This document shows, in pieces, positions 18,036 through 28,257 of a stretch of 64,000 nt of DNA (positions within the stretch are counted from its first letter, which is position 1; each line of letters begins with the position of its first letter). Origin of the DNA: a virus. Taxonomy: Duplodnaviria > Caudoviricetes. The position numbers and the translations under genes were made by a program. The stretch is taken from positions 2,630 through 66,629 of IMG/VR virus record IMGVR_UViG_3300033120_000570, one strand, 5' to 3'. The notes beneath the pieces were generated by a model that had not been told where the DNA came from, ran no database searches, and saw only the letters and a list, made by a program, of their open reading frames with translations.

Positions 18036-18614
18036 ATGGCGATAGTTATCGACAATTTTGAAATAATAACAAACGGAACACAGTTAGCCATTGAAGTTCA
18101 TACTGAGCTTACTTATAATATTTCTTCTATTTTAGTATGGACGATGCTTGATTATAAAGATTATTCCTTGGCTATAGATTTAGCTCCTTACCTTTTAAAG
18201 GTAAATGAAAAAGAAACATTGATGATAAACGCAACTGATTTTGGATTAACTATATTTAAAGATATAGTTTACATGGAGGTTGAAAGTACATTTATAGATG
18301 TTCCTGGATGTCAGGACTGTCAATCGCCAACAACAGGAGTTACATACAACTTAACTCCATACTATTATTGTTTGTTAAGTTTTTTACTTCAATTAGAAAT
18401 AACTAATTGCGTAGATTGCGACAAGAACAAATCAAATCAAATGGTTATAACTATTAACATGTTAATAGATAATGTTATAAAAGCTTTACAAATAGGATAT
18501 TACACTCAAGCCTCTCAAATGGTTACTAAGTTACAAAAATTATGTACGCTTACTCCATGTACTGATTGCGTGCCAATAGATTGTTCTACTTGTAGCGGAT
18601 ATATACAATCATAA
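18036..18614 (+). CDS. Cys-rich structural protein (tail hub-like)
   Basis: Multiple CxxC motifs; position at head of fibre cluster. Confidence 0.55.
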   Translation: MAIVIDNFEIITNGTQLAIEVHTELTYNISSILVWTMLDYKDYSLAIDLAPYLLKVNEKETLMINATDFGLTIFKDIVYMEVESTFIDVPGCQDCQSPTTGVTYNLTPYYYCLLSFLLQLEITNCVDCDKNKSNQMVITINMLIDNVIKALQIGYYTQASQMVTKLQKLCTLTPCTDCVPIDCSTCSGYIQS

Positions 18615-18620
18615 TAAAGT

Positions 18621-19274
18621 ATGACTGAAATAAACGAAAAAGGACATACTTCAGTAATAATAGGGTCTCTTGAAAAAACATATAGAAAAGCTCGTTTAAC
18701 AGGCAAACTAAATTCAAATGACCCATATATACTAGAAGCTATATATAAGCTGTTAGGAGCGTGCTATACGTCTTTATCGCAGCCAAATAGAAGAACTTTA
18801 ATATTACTATATAATAGAATATTGACAACCTCTAAAAATACATGCATGCCTATGGTTTTAGAACAAGACAAAAGAAGTCCTAAACCACAATTTATACAAT
18901 CTGAATTTTTAGATTGCAATACATATACTTCTTATCAAAAAATATTTTATTGGCAAGAGGCCGATTATTACACTACGAATTCAAATGTAGTTACAAAAGT
19001 TGATGACAATGGTTTTTTAAAGTCTAAACAAAGCGATTCTTTAACTGTTTTTAGCTCAGGAAAAAATATTCCTTACGAAAATATAGGAAGAATATGCTTT
19101 GCGATAACAGATACTAAAAGCACGTCTACCTTTAACATATTAAATTCATTAAACATAGACGTAACATCTGGATTTACTAAAACATTTATAGATAATATAA
19201 ATACAACTTTATTCGTATCAACAAACGTTTATTCATACGGAAGTATATTGTTTAAAATAAATAAACTAACATAA
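18621..19274 (+). CDS. Putative tail hub/fibre-attachment protein
   Basis: ORF track; position only. Confidence 0.5.
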   Translation: MTEINEKGHTSVIIGSLEKTYRKARLTGKLNSNDPYILEAIYKLLGACYTSLSQPNRRTLILLYNRILTTSKNTCMPMVLEQDKRSPKPQFIQSEFLDCNTYTSYQKIFYWQEADYYTTNSNVVTKVDDNGFLKSKQSDSLTVFSSGKNIPYENIGRICFAITDTKSTSTFNILNSLNIDVTSGFTKTFIDNINTTLFVSTNVYSYGSILFKINKLT

Positions 19275-21130
19275 TGTCAGACTATTCAAATATACCATTA
19301 GGTTTAAAAATAACAACTCAAATACCATTAGATGTTAAAACATACATAAAAGACGAAGCATCGTTAATAGATTTAGGTCTCAATAATAATTTAGCATTTA
19401 CATATGTAAAAGGAATGTCTTTTTATTGCATAGCTGAAGGAACAAGATATGAATGGAGGCCTGCTATAGGAGCTGAATCTGGCTTAATGGCGTCAAACTT
19501 TACTTATCCTGCAAACATAGAATCTTTTGGAATAATATACTCAAATGTTCAATATAATTTTTTTAGTTCAAGCACTTCTGCTTCTGGATTACAGCAAGTT
19601 TTAAATGTAAGTAATTCTGCATTAGAAAAAGATATAACTCTTGTTTCTAATACTACAGTATCGTCTGTGTTAAGTCCAATTGAATTAAACTTTAATCACC
19701 CAATAGCAAATTTATCATTAGCATATCAATCTAATGGAATATTTTCTTTTAATCAAAATGCTAAAGCAGGAAATTATACTGGACTTCAATTTCCGGTTAA
19801 TACAGGAAACAATGTTATTTTTCAAACCCCATTAATTGCGGCAGGAACTTATACTTTAGCTACTACTGACGAAGTAAATGCAATTGATTTGCAGAAAGTC
19901 ATTAATGTTGGAGGTTATGCAGAATTAGGAGACCCAAACAGCAGTATTGAATTTGCAAGCAGTGTTGATGATATAACTGACAGAGAAGTTAATTTGAAAA
20001 TAGGGACTGCGATAGAAGTTAATGATTTGCAAATAGATTATATTAGAGCGGGTCTAAATAGCTCAAACTATGAGTTAGGCAATTACGCAAGTATAAAAGC
20101 TGAGAACCAAAATGTATTTTTAAATGTAAAAGCAGGAGCTTACGGAACAACAATCACATCTTTAAAACCATTAATAGATACTACGCTAAACTTCCCCGCT
20201 AAAACAGTAGCAGGAACTTATACAATTTCTACTCTTGACGACATTACTTTTGAAAAAACAGGAACAGGGGTATTCTTAAGAGGAAGAACTACAGCTAATT
20301 ACGGAACTCCAGGAAACAGGTCTTTTGATGTAAGTTATGCTTTCACTCCTTCTGCAGGAACTCCCTACGGAGCTACAGGTTCTTATTCTTTTGCAGTAGG
20401 AAGCAGAGTTAGCTCTAGTGGATACAATGCTGCTTCTTTTGGCTATCTTATTGATAATGGAGGAATAGGAAGTTTTAACTCTGGATACAATCTGTATGAT
20501 AGAGGTTATACTAATTTCTTAGCAGGAGTTGGCCACAATGTAACTTCTATGAATGCTGCAGTAATAGGGCAAGCTGCTAACATTATTAATGAAGGAACAA
20601 CAGATTGGAATGCTTATCCAACTAAAGCCTTATTTACAATAGGTAATGGTACTATACAAAATGCAGACAATTTTTATACAGTTCTTTCTAGAAGTGATGC
20701 TTTTAAAGTAAGATTTAATGGTTCAGTAGAAGCTCCTAGTTTAACTACAGCTTTAATTTCTGCTGATGTTACAGGAAAGATATTAATAACGAAAGAGTAT
20801 TTAAGTAACACTCAAAATCTTCAAAAAGTTATAAATTATCCTGCCGACTTTACAGGGACTAATTACACATTAACCAGTGTAGACATGGGTTATTCTATAA
20901 TAGTAAATAATTCAACTACCGCAGTAACAATAACAATACCTACAGGACTTACGTCTAAAATTAATGTTGGATTTATTCAACAAGGAACAGCAGATGTTTC
21001 TTTTGTTTCTTCTGGAACAACTATAAACACACCTGTCGGCTTAAAAATAAAAGGTCAAAATTATAATGCTTATATTGAAAAAGTAGGAGTTACTGAAACT
21101 TATCAATTACTAGGCAATTTAAAAATATAA
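19274..21130 (+). CDS. Tail/head fibre protein with YadA-like beta-roll repeats
   Basis: About 14-aa periodic G-x-x-S-F-A-x-G repeats (~20370-20570); C-terminal YTLTSVD..VTITIP..GFIQQGT..V fibre-tip domain. Confidence 0.65.
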   Translation: MSDYSNIPLGLKITTQIPLDVKTYIKDEASLIDLGLNNNLAFTYVKGMSFYCIAEGTRYEWRPAIGAESGLMASNFTYPANIESFGIIYSNVQYNFFSSSTSASGLQQVLNVSNSALEKDITLVSNTTVSSVLSPIELNFNHPIANLSLAYQSNGIFSFNQNAKAGNYTGLQFPVNTGNNVIFQTPLIAAGTYTLATTDEVNAIDLQKVINVGGYAELGDPNSSIEFASSVDDITDREVNLKIGTAIEVNDLQIDYIRAGLNSSNYELGNYASIKAENQNVFLNVKAGAYGTTITSLKPLIDTTLNFPAKTVAGTYTISTLDDITFEKTGTGVFLRGRTTANYGTPGNRSFDVSYAFTPSAGTPYGATGSYSFAVGSRVSSSGYNAASFGYLIDNGGIGSFNSGYNLYDRGYTNFLAGVGHNVTSMNAAVIGQAANIINEGTTDWNAYPTKALFTIGNGTIQNADNFYTVLSRSDAFKVRFNGSVEAPSLTTALISADVTGKILITKEYLSNTQNLQKVINYPADFTGTNYTLTSVDMGYSIIVNNSTTAVTITIPTGLTSKINVGFIQQGTADVSFVSSGTTINTPVGLKIKGQNYNAYIEKVGVTETYQLLGNLKI

Positions 21131-21132
21131 AT

Positions 21133-21720
21133 ATGTGGAATTTTAAAAAAGATGTTTACAGTACTGAAGACTTTGTAGATATAATTCCTGGAATATATCA
21201 ATATTTTGTAAACCTATCTGAGTCAAACGGAGGGGCTTCATCTAGTTGTTCAGGAACAACAATATATCCAGTATGGACAAATGAGTTGCTTCTAAGCGAC
21301 GTGGTTGTTAGTTCTGTACTGTATTCTGACTCAGCATTAGCTAATCCTTGGATAGGTCAAGATGAATGGTATGGAATTAATTCTTCTTACGGTAATACTC
21401 CTTTAAAAAGTTTGCAAATAGACAACTTAGGAGTGGTTACAACGACAAGTAGTTGTTATGTTCCTCCTCCTTCGTATTACGCAAAGAATATTAGTAATAG
21501 TACGCCATCGTTGCCTTGCGGATCTCCGTCTATACCGGTTACTTATCCTATAGAAGTATTTACATCTGTACAATATCCTCAAATAAACGATTACTTCTAC
21601 ACTTCTTCAGACTTATCTACAGGATATCCTGGAGATGGAACTTATTATTGGACATCTATTGCTTTTGGATATCAAATTGACAGTAATGGTAAAATAACAA
21701 ATATGATAGATTGTTCTTAA
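21133..21720 (+). CDS. Small fibre-associated protein with an internally duplicated domain
   Basis: Two ~70-aa units ending LQIDNLGVVTTTSSC and YQIDSNGKITNMIDC. Confidence 0.6.
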   Translation: MWNFKKDVYSTEDFVDIIPGIYQYFVNLSESNGGASSSCSGTTIYPVWTNELLLSDVVVSSVLYSDSALANPWIGQDEWYGINSSYGNTPLKSLQIDNLGVVTTTSSCYVPPPSYYAKNISNSTPSLPCGSPSIPVTYPIEVFTSVQYPQINDYFYTSSDLSTGYPGDGTYYWTSIAFGYQIDSNGKITNMIDCS

Positions 21721-21766
21721 TATAATCGTTAAATAAACTATTAATTAAATAGTAAAATAAAAAATT

Positions 21767-22156
21767 ATGACAATAGAATGCAATGAAATATCACAAACAA
21801 TAAATGAACTTTTGATTTCATTTCAAGATTGTAAAAAAATATTAAACTCAGACTTAAGAAAATTAGTAGAATTAATATCCGCAGTTAACACATGTGCTAA
21901 TGGAGGTCCTAATTACGACACTTTAGTTCAAGAAACTTACGAACCAATAAGTAGTCAGTTAGTTGTCTACCCAATAAATACATTTCATTCAATTACAATT
22001 ATAATTGTTTCTGGAAGTATTGTTTATAATACGTTTACTTTTACAGCAGGAACTACTCAAAACATAGAAGTAACAACTTTAAATCAAACAGAAATATCTT
22101 TTGTTGCGAATCCAGGAAGTAAAGTTTTAGTTGAATATTTAAAAGAGACAGTATAA
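21767..22156 (+). CDS. Putative fibre adaptor protein
   Basis: Helical N-terminus, beta-rich C-terminus; in fibre cluster. Confidence 0.5.
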   Translation: MTIECNEISQTINELLISFQDCKKILNSDLRKLVELISAVNTCANGGPNYDTLVQETYEPISSQLVVYPINTFHSITIIIVSGSIVYNTFTFTAGTTQNIEVTTLNQTEISFVANPGSKVLVEYLKETV

Positions 22157-23319
22157 TGGCAAAAATAACAACAACATTATCTAGTTCTGGAACAAAAGTT
22201 CACAACGAATTAAATGGATTAAATGAAGGTGATTATCTTCATTTAACACAAGCTGAAAAAGATAGTTTTGCTATTGATTCAAATGTTGTTCATATATCTG
22301 GAAAAGAAACTATAATTGATACAAAAACATTTGCTAATGGTATAATAACAAATTACGAACAATTTGACACGACATTAGCACAAACTAACGCTGTTGGTAA
22401 GTTAAAATGGAATGACGTTGATGGAACATTAGAGCTTGGCTTAAAAGGTGGTAATGTAACACTACAACTCGGTCAAGAGCAAATTATTAGAGTTGTAAAT
22501 AAAACTTCATCTAATTTAACAGAAGCTGGATATGAAGCTGTTTATATATCTGGAGCCCAAGGTCAAAGATTGAAAGTTGATTTGGCATTAGCTAATAGCG
22601 ATTTGACATCAATAGGAACTTTAGGAATAGTAACGGAAAATATATCTGTAAATCAGGAAGGCTTTGTAACATCAAATGGATTAGTTAGGGGAATAAATAC
22701 AACTGGTTCGCTACAAGGTGAGACTTGGCATGATGGAGATGTATTGTATTTGTCTCCGTTAGTTGCAGGAAGACTTACTAATATAGAACCAATAGCTCCT
22801 CAACACACAGTACATATGGGTATATGTGTTCATGCGCATCAAACTCAAGGAACAATTTTTGTAAAAGTAACGAACGGTTATGAAATAGAAGAGTTGCACA
22901 ACGTGTTAATATCTTTATTATCTAATAATGACGGATTGTTTTATGATTCAGTTTCTAAGTTATGGAAAAATAAGTCAATAACTACTGTTTTAGGATATAT
23001 TCCTGAAAACTTAGCTAATAAACAAAACTCTTTAACAGTAGATGGTACTGGAACTAAATACCCGACGATAGATATACTTAATAATGCTATATCAACAATA
23101 AATACATCTATTGATAATTTTAAAGATAAAAATTATATACATTATCAAATTTCAACATCAAATACATGGATTGTTGTTCATAATTTAAAAAAATACCCAT
23201 CAGTGTCAGTAGTTGATTCTGGAAATAATCTAGTAATAGGAGATTGTATTTACAACTCAATTGACCAATTAACAATAACGTTTACAGCTTCTTTTTCAGG
23301 AAAAGCATATATAAACTAA
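22156..23319 (+). CDS. Tail fibre protein
   Basis: GKETIIDTKTF fibre motif; C-terminal WIVVHNLKKYPSVSVVD domain. Confidence 0.65.
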   Translation: MAKITTTLSSSGTKVHNELNGLNEGDYLHLTQAEKDSFAIDSNVVHISGKETIIDTKTFANGIITNYEQFDTTLAQTNAVGKLKWNDVDGTLELGLKGGNVTLQLGQEQIIRVVNKTSSNLTEAGYEAVYISGAQGQRLKVDLALANSDLTSIGTLGIVTENISVNQEGFVTSNGLVRGINTTGSLQGETWHDGDVLYLSPLVAGRLTNIEPIAPQHTVHMGICVHAHQTQGTIFVKVTNGYEIEELHNVLISLLSNNDGLFYDSVSKLWKNKSITTVLGYIPENLANKQNSLTVDGTGTKYPTIDILNNAISTINTSIDNFKDKNYIHYQISTSNTWIVVHNLKKYPSVSVVDSGNNLVIGDCIYNSIDQLTITFTASFSGKAYIN

Positions 23320-23333
23320 CAAAAAAATAAAAA

Positions 23334-24827
23334 ATGAAATATTTATCTAATATTGATTTAAATTACAATCAATTACAAAACGCAAGGTTACATCCGATTG
23401 GAACTGCTCCTGCAGCACCACAAGAAGGTCAAATTTATTTTAACTCTTCTGTTGGTGATAAAAAAATGTACTATCACAATGGTACTGAATGGATAACACT
23501 TACGTCAGATACTGATAATTATGTAGATTCATTATCATTTAATAGTGCAACAGGTGTTTTGACTCTTGGTCAAACAGGAGTTATATCAGATATTACAGCT
23601 TCTTTAGATGGTAGATATTTAACTCAGCACCCAACAATTATTGCAGCTTCTTCTGCAAACAATTCGGGAAGAACGTATATACAAGATATTACATTAGATG
23701 CTAATGGGCATATTACTGGAATTGTATCAGCAACAGAAACTGTTATCGATACAGATACACATTGGACATCTAAAAATATTATAGGCCCATTAACTACTTC
23801 TGTAGCTAATGGAGTTACAACAAATACAACTACTTGGTTAAACCATATTGAAAATGGAGCTGTAACTTCTACACATAAAATATCAGGTGCGGGAGCTACA
23901 ACTCTTGTTGCAGATGCTAGTGGAAATATTACAATCACATCTACAGATACAAATACAACTTATACCGCTAACAACGGAATAACTTTAACTGGAACAGTTT
24001 TTGGTCACACTAATACAATTACAGCAAGTAATTTTGGAGACGCAGGAATAACAAGAACATTAGCGTTTGGAGAAACATTTGTAGTTCCTTATGTTACATA
24101 TGATGCTTATGGTCATATTTCGACAAAGAGTAATTTAACTCTTACACTACCAGCTAATGTAGATACAAATTGGTACCCAACAACATTTGCTTGGGCCGCA
24201 GGAACTACAGCAGGTCCTACAGGTTCTTTAACTGGTGTAGGAATGTCTGCAGTATCTTATGGAGCAATACCATCAGCGTCTGGGACAAATTCAGGTATAG
24301 TAACAAATGGAACTCAAACATTTGCTGGAGATAAAACGTTTTCAAACAATGTTATAATTACAGGAAACTTAACAGTTAGTGGAACTGTAACAACAGTTAA
24401 TACGGAAACAATAAATCTTGCAGATAATTTAATTACATTAAACAGTAATTATACAGGAGCAACTCCAACTGAAAATGGAGGTATAGAAATAGAGAGAGGT
24501 ACTTTAGCAAATTCTTCATTAATATGGAATGAAACTACTGATAAATGGCAAGTCTCAGCAGACAGTATAACTTTTTATGATATAGTTACATCTGCACAAA
24601 GTTTTTCGACTAGTATAGGTAATGGGGTTCTAACAACAATACCAGTAGCTCACAATTTAGGAACTAGAGACGTTATTGTACAGTTATTCGACATGAGTTC
24701 ATACGATACTGTATTTGCAGACGTTGTTAGAACAGATGCAAATACGGTTACGCTTCTTTTTGCTGTAGCTCCAACAACAAATAATATTAGAGTTCTTGTT
24801 ACTAAAATAGGTTCTTCTATAACATAA
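23334..24827 (+). CDS. Tail fibre protein
   Basis: KYLSNIDLNYNQLQNARLH..APAAPQEGQIYFN N-terminus; GTQTFAGDKTF; C-terminal VAHNLGTRDVIVQLFD domain; Thr/Gly-rich. Confidence 0.7.
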   Translation: MKYLSNIDLNYNQLQNARLHPIGTAPAAPQEGQIYFNSSVGDKKMYYHNGTEWITLTSDTDNYVDSLSFNSATGVLTLGQTGVISDITASLDGRYLTQHPTIIAASSANNSGRTYIQDITLDANGHITGIVSATETVIDTDTHWTSKNIIGPLTTSVANGVTTNTTTWLNHIENGAVTSTHKISGAGATTLVADASGNITITSTDTNTTYTANNGITLTGTVFGHTNTITASNFGDAGITRTLAFGETFVVPYVTYDAYGHISTKSNLTLTLPANVDTNWYPTTFAWAAGTTAGPTGSLTGVGMSAVSYGAIPSASGTNSGIVTNGTQTFAGDKTFSNNVIITGNLTVSGTVTTVNTETINLADNLITLNSNYTGATPTENGGIEIERGTLANSSLIWNETTDKWQVSADSITFYDIVTSAQSFSTSIGNGVLTTIPVAHNLGTRDVIVQLFDMSSYDTVFADVVRTDANTVTLLFAVAPTTNNIRVLVTKIGSSIT

Positions 24828-24837
24828 TATAATATAT

Positions 24838-27408
24838 ATGTCACAAATATTTAATACAAGTTTAGATATAAAAGGAAATGTTTTAGTAAGCGGTACCATC
24901 TCTAAAGTAGGTGGTACTTCTTCTCAATTTTTAAAAGCAGATGGTAGTGTAGATAGCTCTACATATCAAACTGTTGGAGCTACACATTATATAGGTACAA
25001 CTTCAATTGCAAACAATAGAGCAAGTGCTGCACAAACATTAACAGGTGTAAATATAAACGGTTCCATCGATAGACAAAGTAACAACACAATTACAGATTT
25101 AAATATAGTATCTACTGAAAATGGTGTGTTGCGATTTGACACATTTGCGGGTACAGCAACTAATAAACCAGTAAGTGTAAATAATGCTAACGGAGTTATA
25201 TCAATGTTTACTAATCATGGGACTCAATATGGTAAACAAATAGCATTTGCTACAGATGATGACTTATACATACGAAATTTAAACGGTGGTATATATCAGA
25301 CATGGAGAAAAATATGGCACAATGGAAATTTCACTAATTTAAACCAATTAACTACAAGGAATTTCTCAGACCTTCAAAATAAGCCAACAACAATTGCTGG
25401 TTATGGTATAACAGATGCTATAATAACAGGAACAGGAACAGCAGGATACGTTTCTTTTTGGAACGCTGCAAGCACACAAATAGGAAGTTCTAGTTTCTTT
25501 TGGGACAACACTAATAAGTATTTAGGTATAGGTACAAATGCTCCTCAAACTCAATTACACGTAAATAGTGCAGCTTCTGTTGGTATTATGAGATTGCAAG
25601 GTCTTGGAGATGCAGATAACTATTCTGTCCTTGAGATGTGGGATGATACAGGAGCTTCTAAATGGCAATTTGCTCATAAGTTGTATGCAGGACAAACTAA
25701 AGATTTTTCATTTACACATTGGAATGGGACTTCTTGGATAGCTCCTATATTATTTAAAGATAATGGTAGAATCTTAATAAATAAAACCACAGGAGATGAT
25801 GGAGTAAATCAATTGCAAATAAATGGGTATTCAATAGCTACTGGATTTAGAATTCCTTCAGGATTAAGCACTCAATACTTAATGGCTGATGGCTCTACTA
25901 GCACTGGTGGGTCAGGGGATATGTTATTAGGAACTGACCAAACTGTTACTTCATTAAAAACTTTTACTAATACTACTTCAACACAAACAAGAGGCCTTGA
26001 TTTAACAAATAATGGAACAACAGGATCTCATGTTCTTAAAATTACTAATAATTCTTCAGGAACAGGAGTATATCTTTTAAATACTGTTGCTGGGGGCACT
26101 GGGTTTGCATCTGCTAATAGTGCAGGTACAGGAATTAGTTCTGTCTCCAGTGGATTTGGTACTGCTATATCAGTCATTAACTCAGGTGCAGGGATTGGTA
26201 TGATGTATAGTAACAATTCTACTGGTATAGGGTTTCAACTTAGTAATGCTTCATCAGGAAATGCAATTGTAGTAAATAATGCAACTAGTGCAACGGGTAT
26301 TCCTTTTACTATTCAAAAGAATTCTGTAGATACACTTACAATAAATGATAATGGAGAAGTATCAGGAAATAAATTTACAAAGGTTGGAGGATTACCTACC
26401 GAATATTTAATGGCAGATGGCTCTACCTCAACAGGGGGAGGAGGTTCTCCAGCTGGGTCTGATACTCAAATTCAATATAATAATGCTGGAGCTTTTGGAG
26501 CAAATGTTGATTTTGTTTGGAACAACTCTTTAAAAGCTTTAAAGCTTTTAGGTTCAGATACAGAGATAGTAATGAAGTGTGTAACTAACGAACCTCCTAC
26601 TCCTACTGCAGATACTTTAGCTATCTACACTAAAAAAATGGGAGGAAAAGCAGTAGTAAAAACTAAAGATGAATTTGGAGTTGACTTTAGTTTGCAAACT
26701 TCTTTTTGGGATAATAATATAGTAATGTGGAATTGTACAAATGCAACAGCAGGTTTATGGATAGGGACTGTTGGAACTACTGCTGGATCTTTTGCAAATA
26801 CTTTACCTAGTTCAGGCTCTTTAAGTGCAACTATAAAAAGAGCACTTTACAGTAATGTAGTTACAACAGCAAATCAAGTACTTGGTGTTTATGGTTCTGA
26901 AAATTTATTTTTTATAGGACCAGCTCCTTCTTTTGGAGGATTTTATTTTTATTCAAGATTTACATTTGACGTTTGGTCTAATGGAGGAAGATTGTTTACG
27001 GGGTTAAGTGCGGTTGCAACTGCAACTGCAATAATAACTTCAAATCCGTCAACTGCTACAAATATTCATACTTGTGGCTTTGCTGTGGATGACACAAACG
27101 CAGGTGTTATTTACTTTATCACAAATAACGGAACTACAACAACTAAGCAAATCGTTTCAGGCATACCTCCAATTATTTCTAATCGTGCATATGACACTTA
27201 TATTTATTGTGCCCCAAACGGAAATACAATTTACTGGAGAATAGAAGATTTAGTAGGAGGAACAACAGTATCAGGTTCTCAAACATTAACGTTACCAGGG
27301 TCATCTAGTTTTATGAGACCCTATTGTGTGGCTTCAAATGCTGCCTTAACTCCTGTCAATTCAATAAGACTTGGAGTAAACAAAATTTATTTAGAAACAG
27401 ATTACTAA
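24838..27408 (+). CDS. Long modular tail fibre / receptor-binding protein
   Basis: Knob-like QIAF..LYIR..WRKIWHNGN, GTTIAGYGITDA, repeated (F/Y)L(K/M)ADGS linkers, beta-helix-like segment, C-terminal lectin-like beta domain. Confidence 0.75.
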   Translation: MSQIFNTSLDIKGNVLVSGTISKVGGTSSQFLKADGSVDSSTYQTVGATHYIGTTSIANNRASAAQTLTGVNINGSIDRQSNNTITDLNIVSTENGVLRFDTFAGTATNKPVSVNNANGVISMFTNHGTQYGKQIAFATDDDLYIRNLNGGIYQTWRKIWHNGNFTNLNQLTTRNFSDLQNKPTTIAGYGITDAIITGTGTAGYVSFWNAASTQIGSSSFFWDNTNKYLGIGTNAPQTQLHVNSAASVGIMRLQGLGDADNYSVLEMWDDTGASKWQFAHKLYAGQTKDFSFTHWNGTSWIAPILFKDNGRILINKTTGDDGVNQLQINGYSIATGFRIPSGLSTQYLMADGSTSTGGSGDMLLGTDQTVTSLKTFTNTTSTQTRGLDLTNNGTTGSHVLKITNNSSGTGVYLLNTVAGGTGFASANSAGTGISSVSSGFGTAISVINSGAGIGMMYSNNSTGIGFQLSNASSGNAIVVNNATSATGIPFTIQKNSVDTLTINDNGEVSGNKFTKVGGLPTEYLMADGSTSTGGGGSPAGSDTQIQYNNAGAFGANVDFVWNNSLKALKLLGSDTEIVMKCVTNEPPTPTADTLAIYTKKMGGKAVVKTKDEFGVDFSLQTSFWDNNIVMWNCTNATAGLWIGTVGTTAGSFANTLPSSGSLSATIKRALYSNVVTTANQVLGVYGSENLFFIGPAPSFGGFYFYSRFTFDVWSNGGRLFTGLSAVATATAIITSNPSTATNIHTCGFAVDDTNAGVIYFITNNGTTTTKQIVSGIPPIISNRAYDTYIYCAPNGNTIYWRIEDLVGGTTVSGSQTLTLPGSSSFMRPYCVASNAALTPVNSIRLGVNKIYLETDY

Positions 27409-27422
27409 AAAAAATAAAAATC

Positions 27423-27689
27423 ATGATAGAAATTCAACCAATTAGTTTAGGTCTTCCTCCTCAACAAGGAGTTAAAATATGGATTAGACCTTTAATAGGA
27501 TCTACAACAGATGTAACATGTGAGCTTTATTATGAAGTTCTTTCTGCTGAAAATAAAAACTTAGCTTGTGGAAACATCATTGTAGATGAAGAACAATTTG
27601 CTGCTTGGGGACAGGAAATGTCTTATGTTGAAGACATAGTGTTAATAAATTTAGGTTTGCAAAGATACGTTCCTGCAGAGGAAGTTTAA
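27423..27689 (+). CDS. Small protein after fibre (possible fibre chaperone)
   Basis: Start revised to ATG 27423 (MIEIQPISLG); acidic; typical position. Confidence 0.5.
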   Translation: MIEIQPISLGLPPQQGVKIWIRPLIGSTTDVTCELYYEVLSAENKNLACGNIIVDEEQFAAWGQEMSYVEDIVLINLGLQRYVPAEEV

Positions 27690-27723
27690 TTAGTTTTTAA
27701 ATATAATTAAAAAGCTACAAAAA

Positions 27724-27915
27724 ATGAGCAGACAGGAAATAATAGACAAGTACTTGGGAAAAGCCATAAGTAAAACATTTACGGTTTTTATAATAGCTAC
27801 AATAGCTTTGTTTACATCTAATTTAACAGGAGCTGAATGGACAACCATAGCTGCAATATATATTGGAAGTGTAAAAGTTACAGAAACGATATTAAAATTT
27901 AAAGACAAAATATAA
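27724..27915 (+). CDS. Holin-like membrane protein
   Basis: Two hydrophobic helices (TFTVFIIATIALF; WTTIAAIYIGSV), basic C-terminus, upstream of endolysin. Confidence 0.6.
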   Translation: MSRQEIIDKYLGKAISKTFTVFIIATIALFTSNLTGAEWTTIAAIYIGSVKVTETILKFKDKI

Positions 27916-27926
27916 GTTGTAAAAAA

Positions 27927-28250
27927 ATGAGCGAAGAATCAGTAATAAGAAATAGAAAAAAAAGCGTAATGGAAGAAAAAATAGATCGTTTAGAAAATCA
28001 TTTTAAAGTCTACAAATCTGATATGGTTGACGTAATAGGAAGCGTTAGAAATATAGAATCCGCGTTAATAGGGTCTTCGTTAAATGGTCACAAAGGAATG
28101 GTTTCTCTGTTGGACTCTTTAGACAAAAGAGTTCAAGCTTTAGAGGATAAAGAAATATTAAATGCAGACAAACTAGAAACATTAAAATGGTTTCAAAGAG
28201 GTTTGATAGGAATAATATTTTCTTACGTTTTATGGCTTCTAACTAAATAA
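27927..28250 (+). CDS. Holin/antiholin-like protein
   Basis: Coiled coil plus single C-terminal TM (GLIGIIFSYVLWLL). Confidence 0.5.
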   Translation: MSEESVIRNRKKSVMEEKIDRLENHFKVYKSDMVDVIGSVRNIESALIGSSLNGHKGMVSLLDSLDKRVQALEDKEILNADKLETLKWFQRGLIGIIFSYVLWLLTK

Positions 28251-28257
28251 AAAAAAT

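Noticed and set aside
19274-27408. Diversity-generating retroelement or invertible fibre cassette
   Set aside because: No reverse transcriptase, recombinase, or long near-identical template/variable repeat pair in the window.
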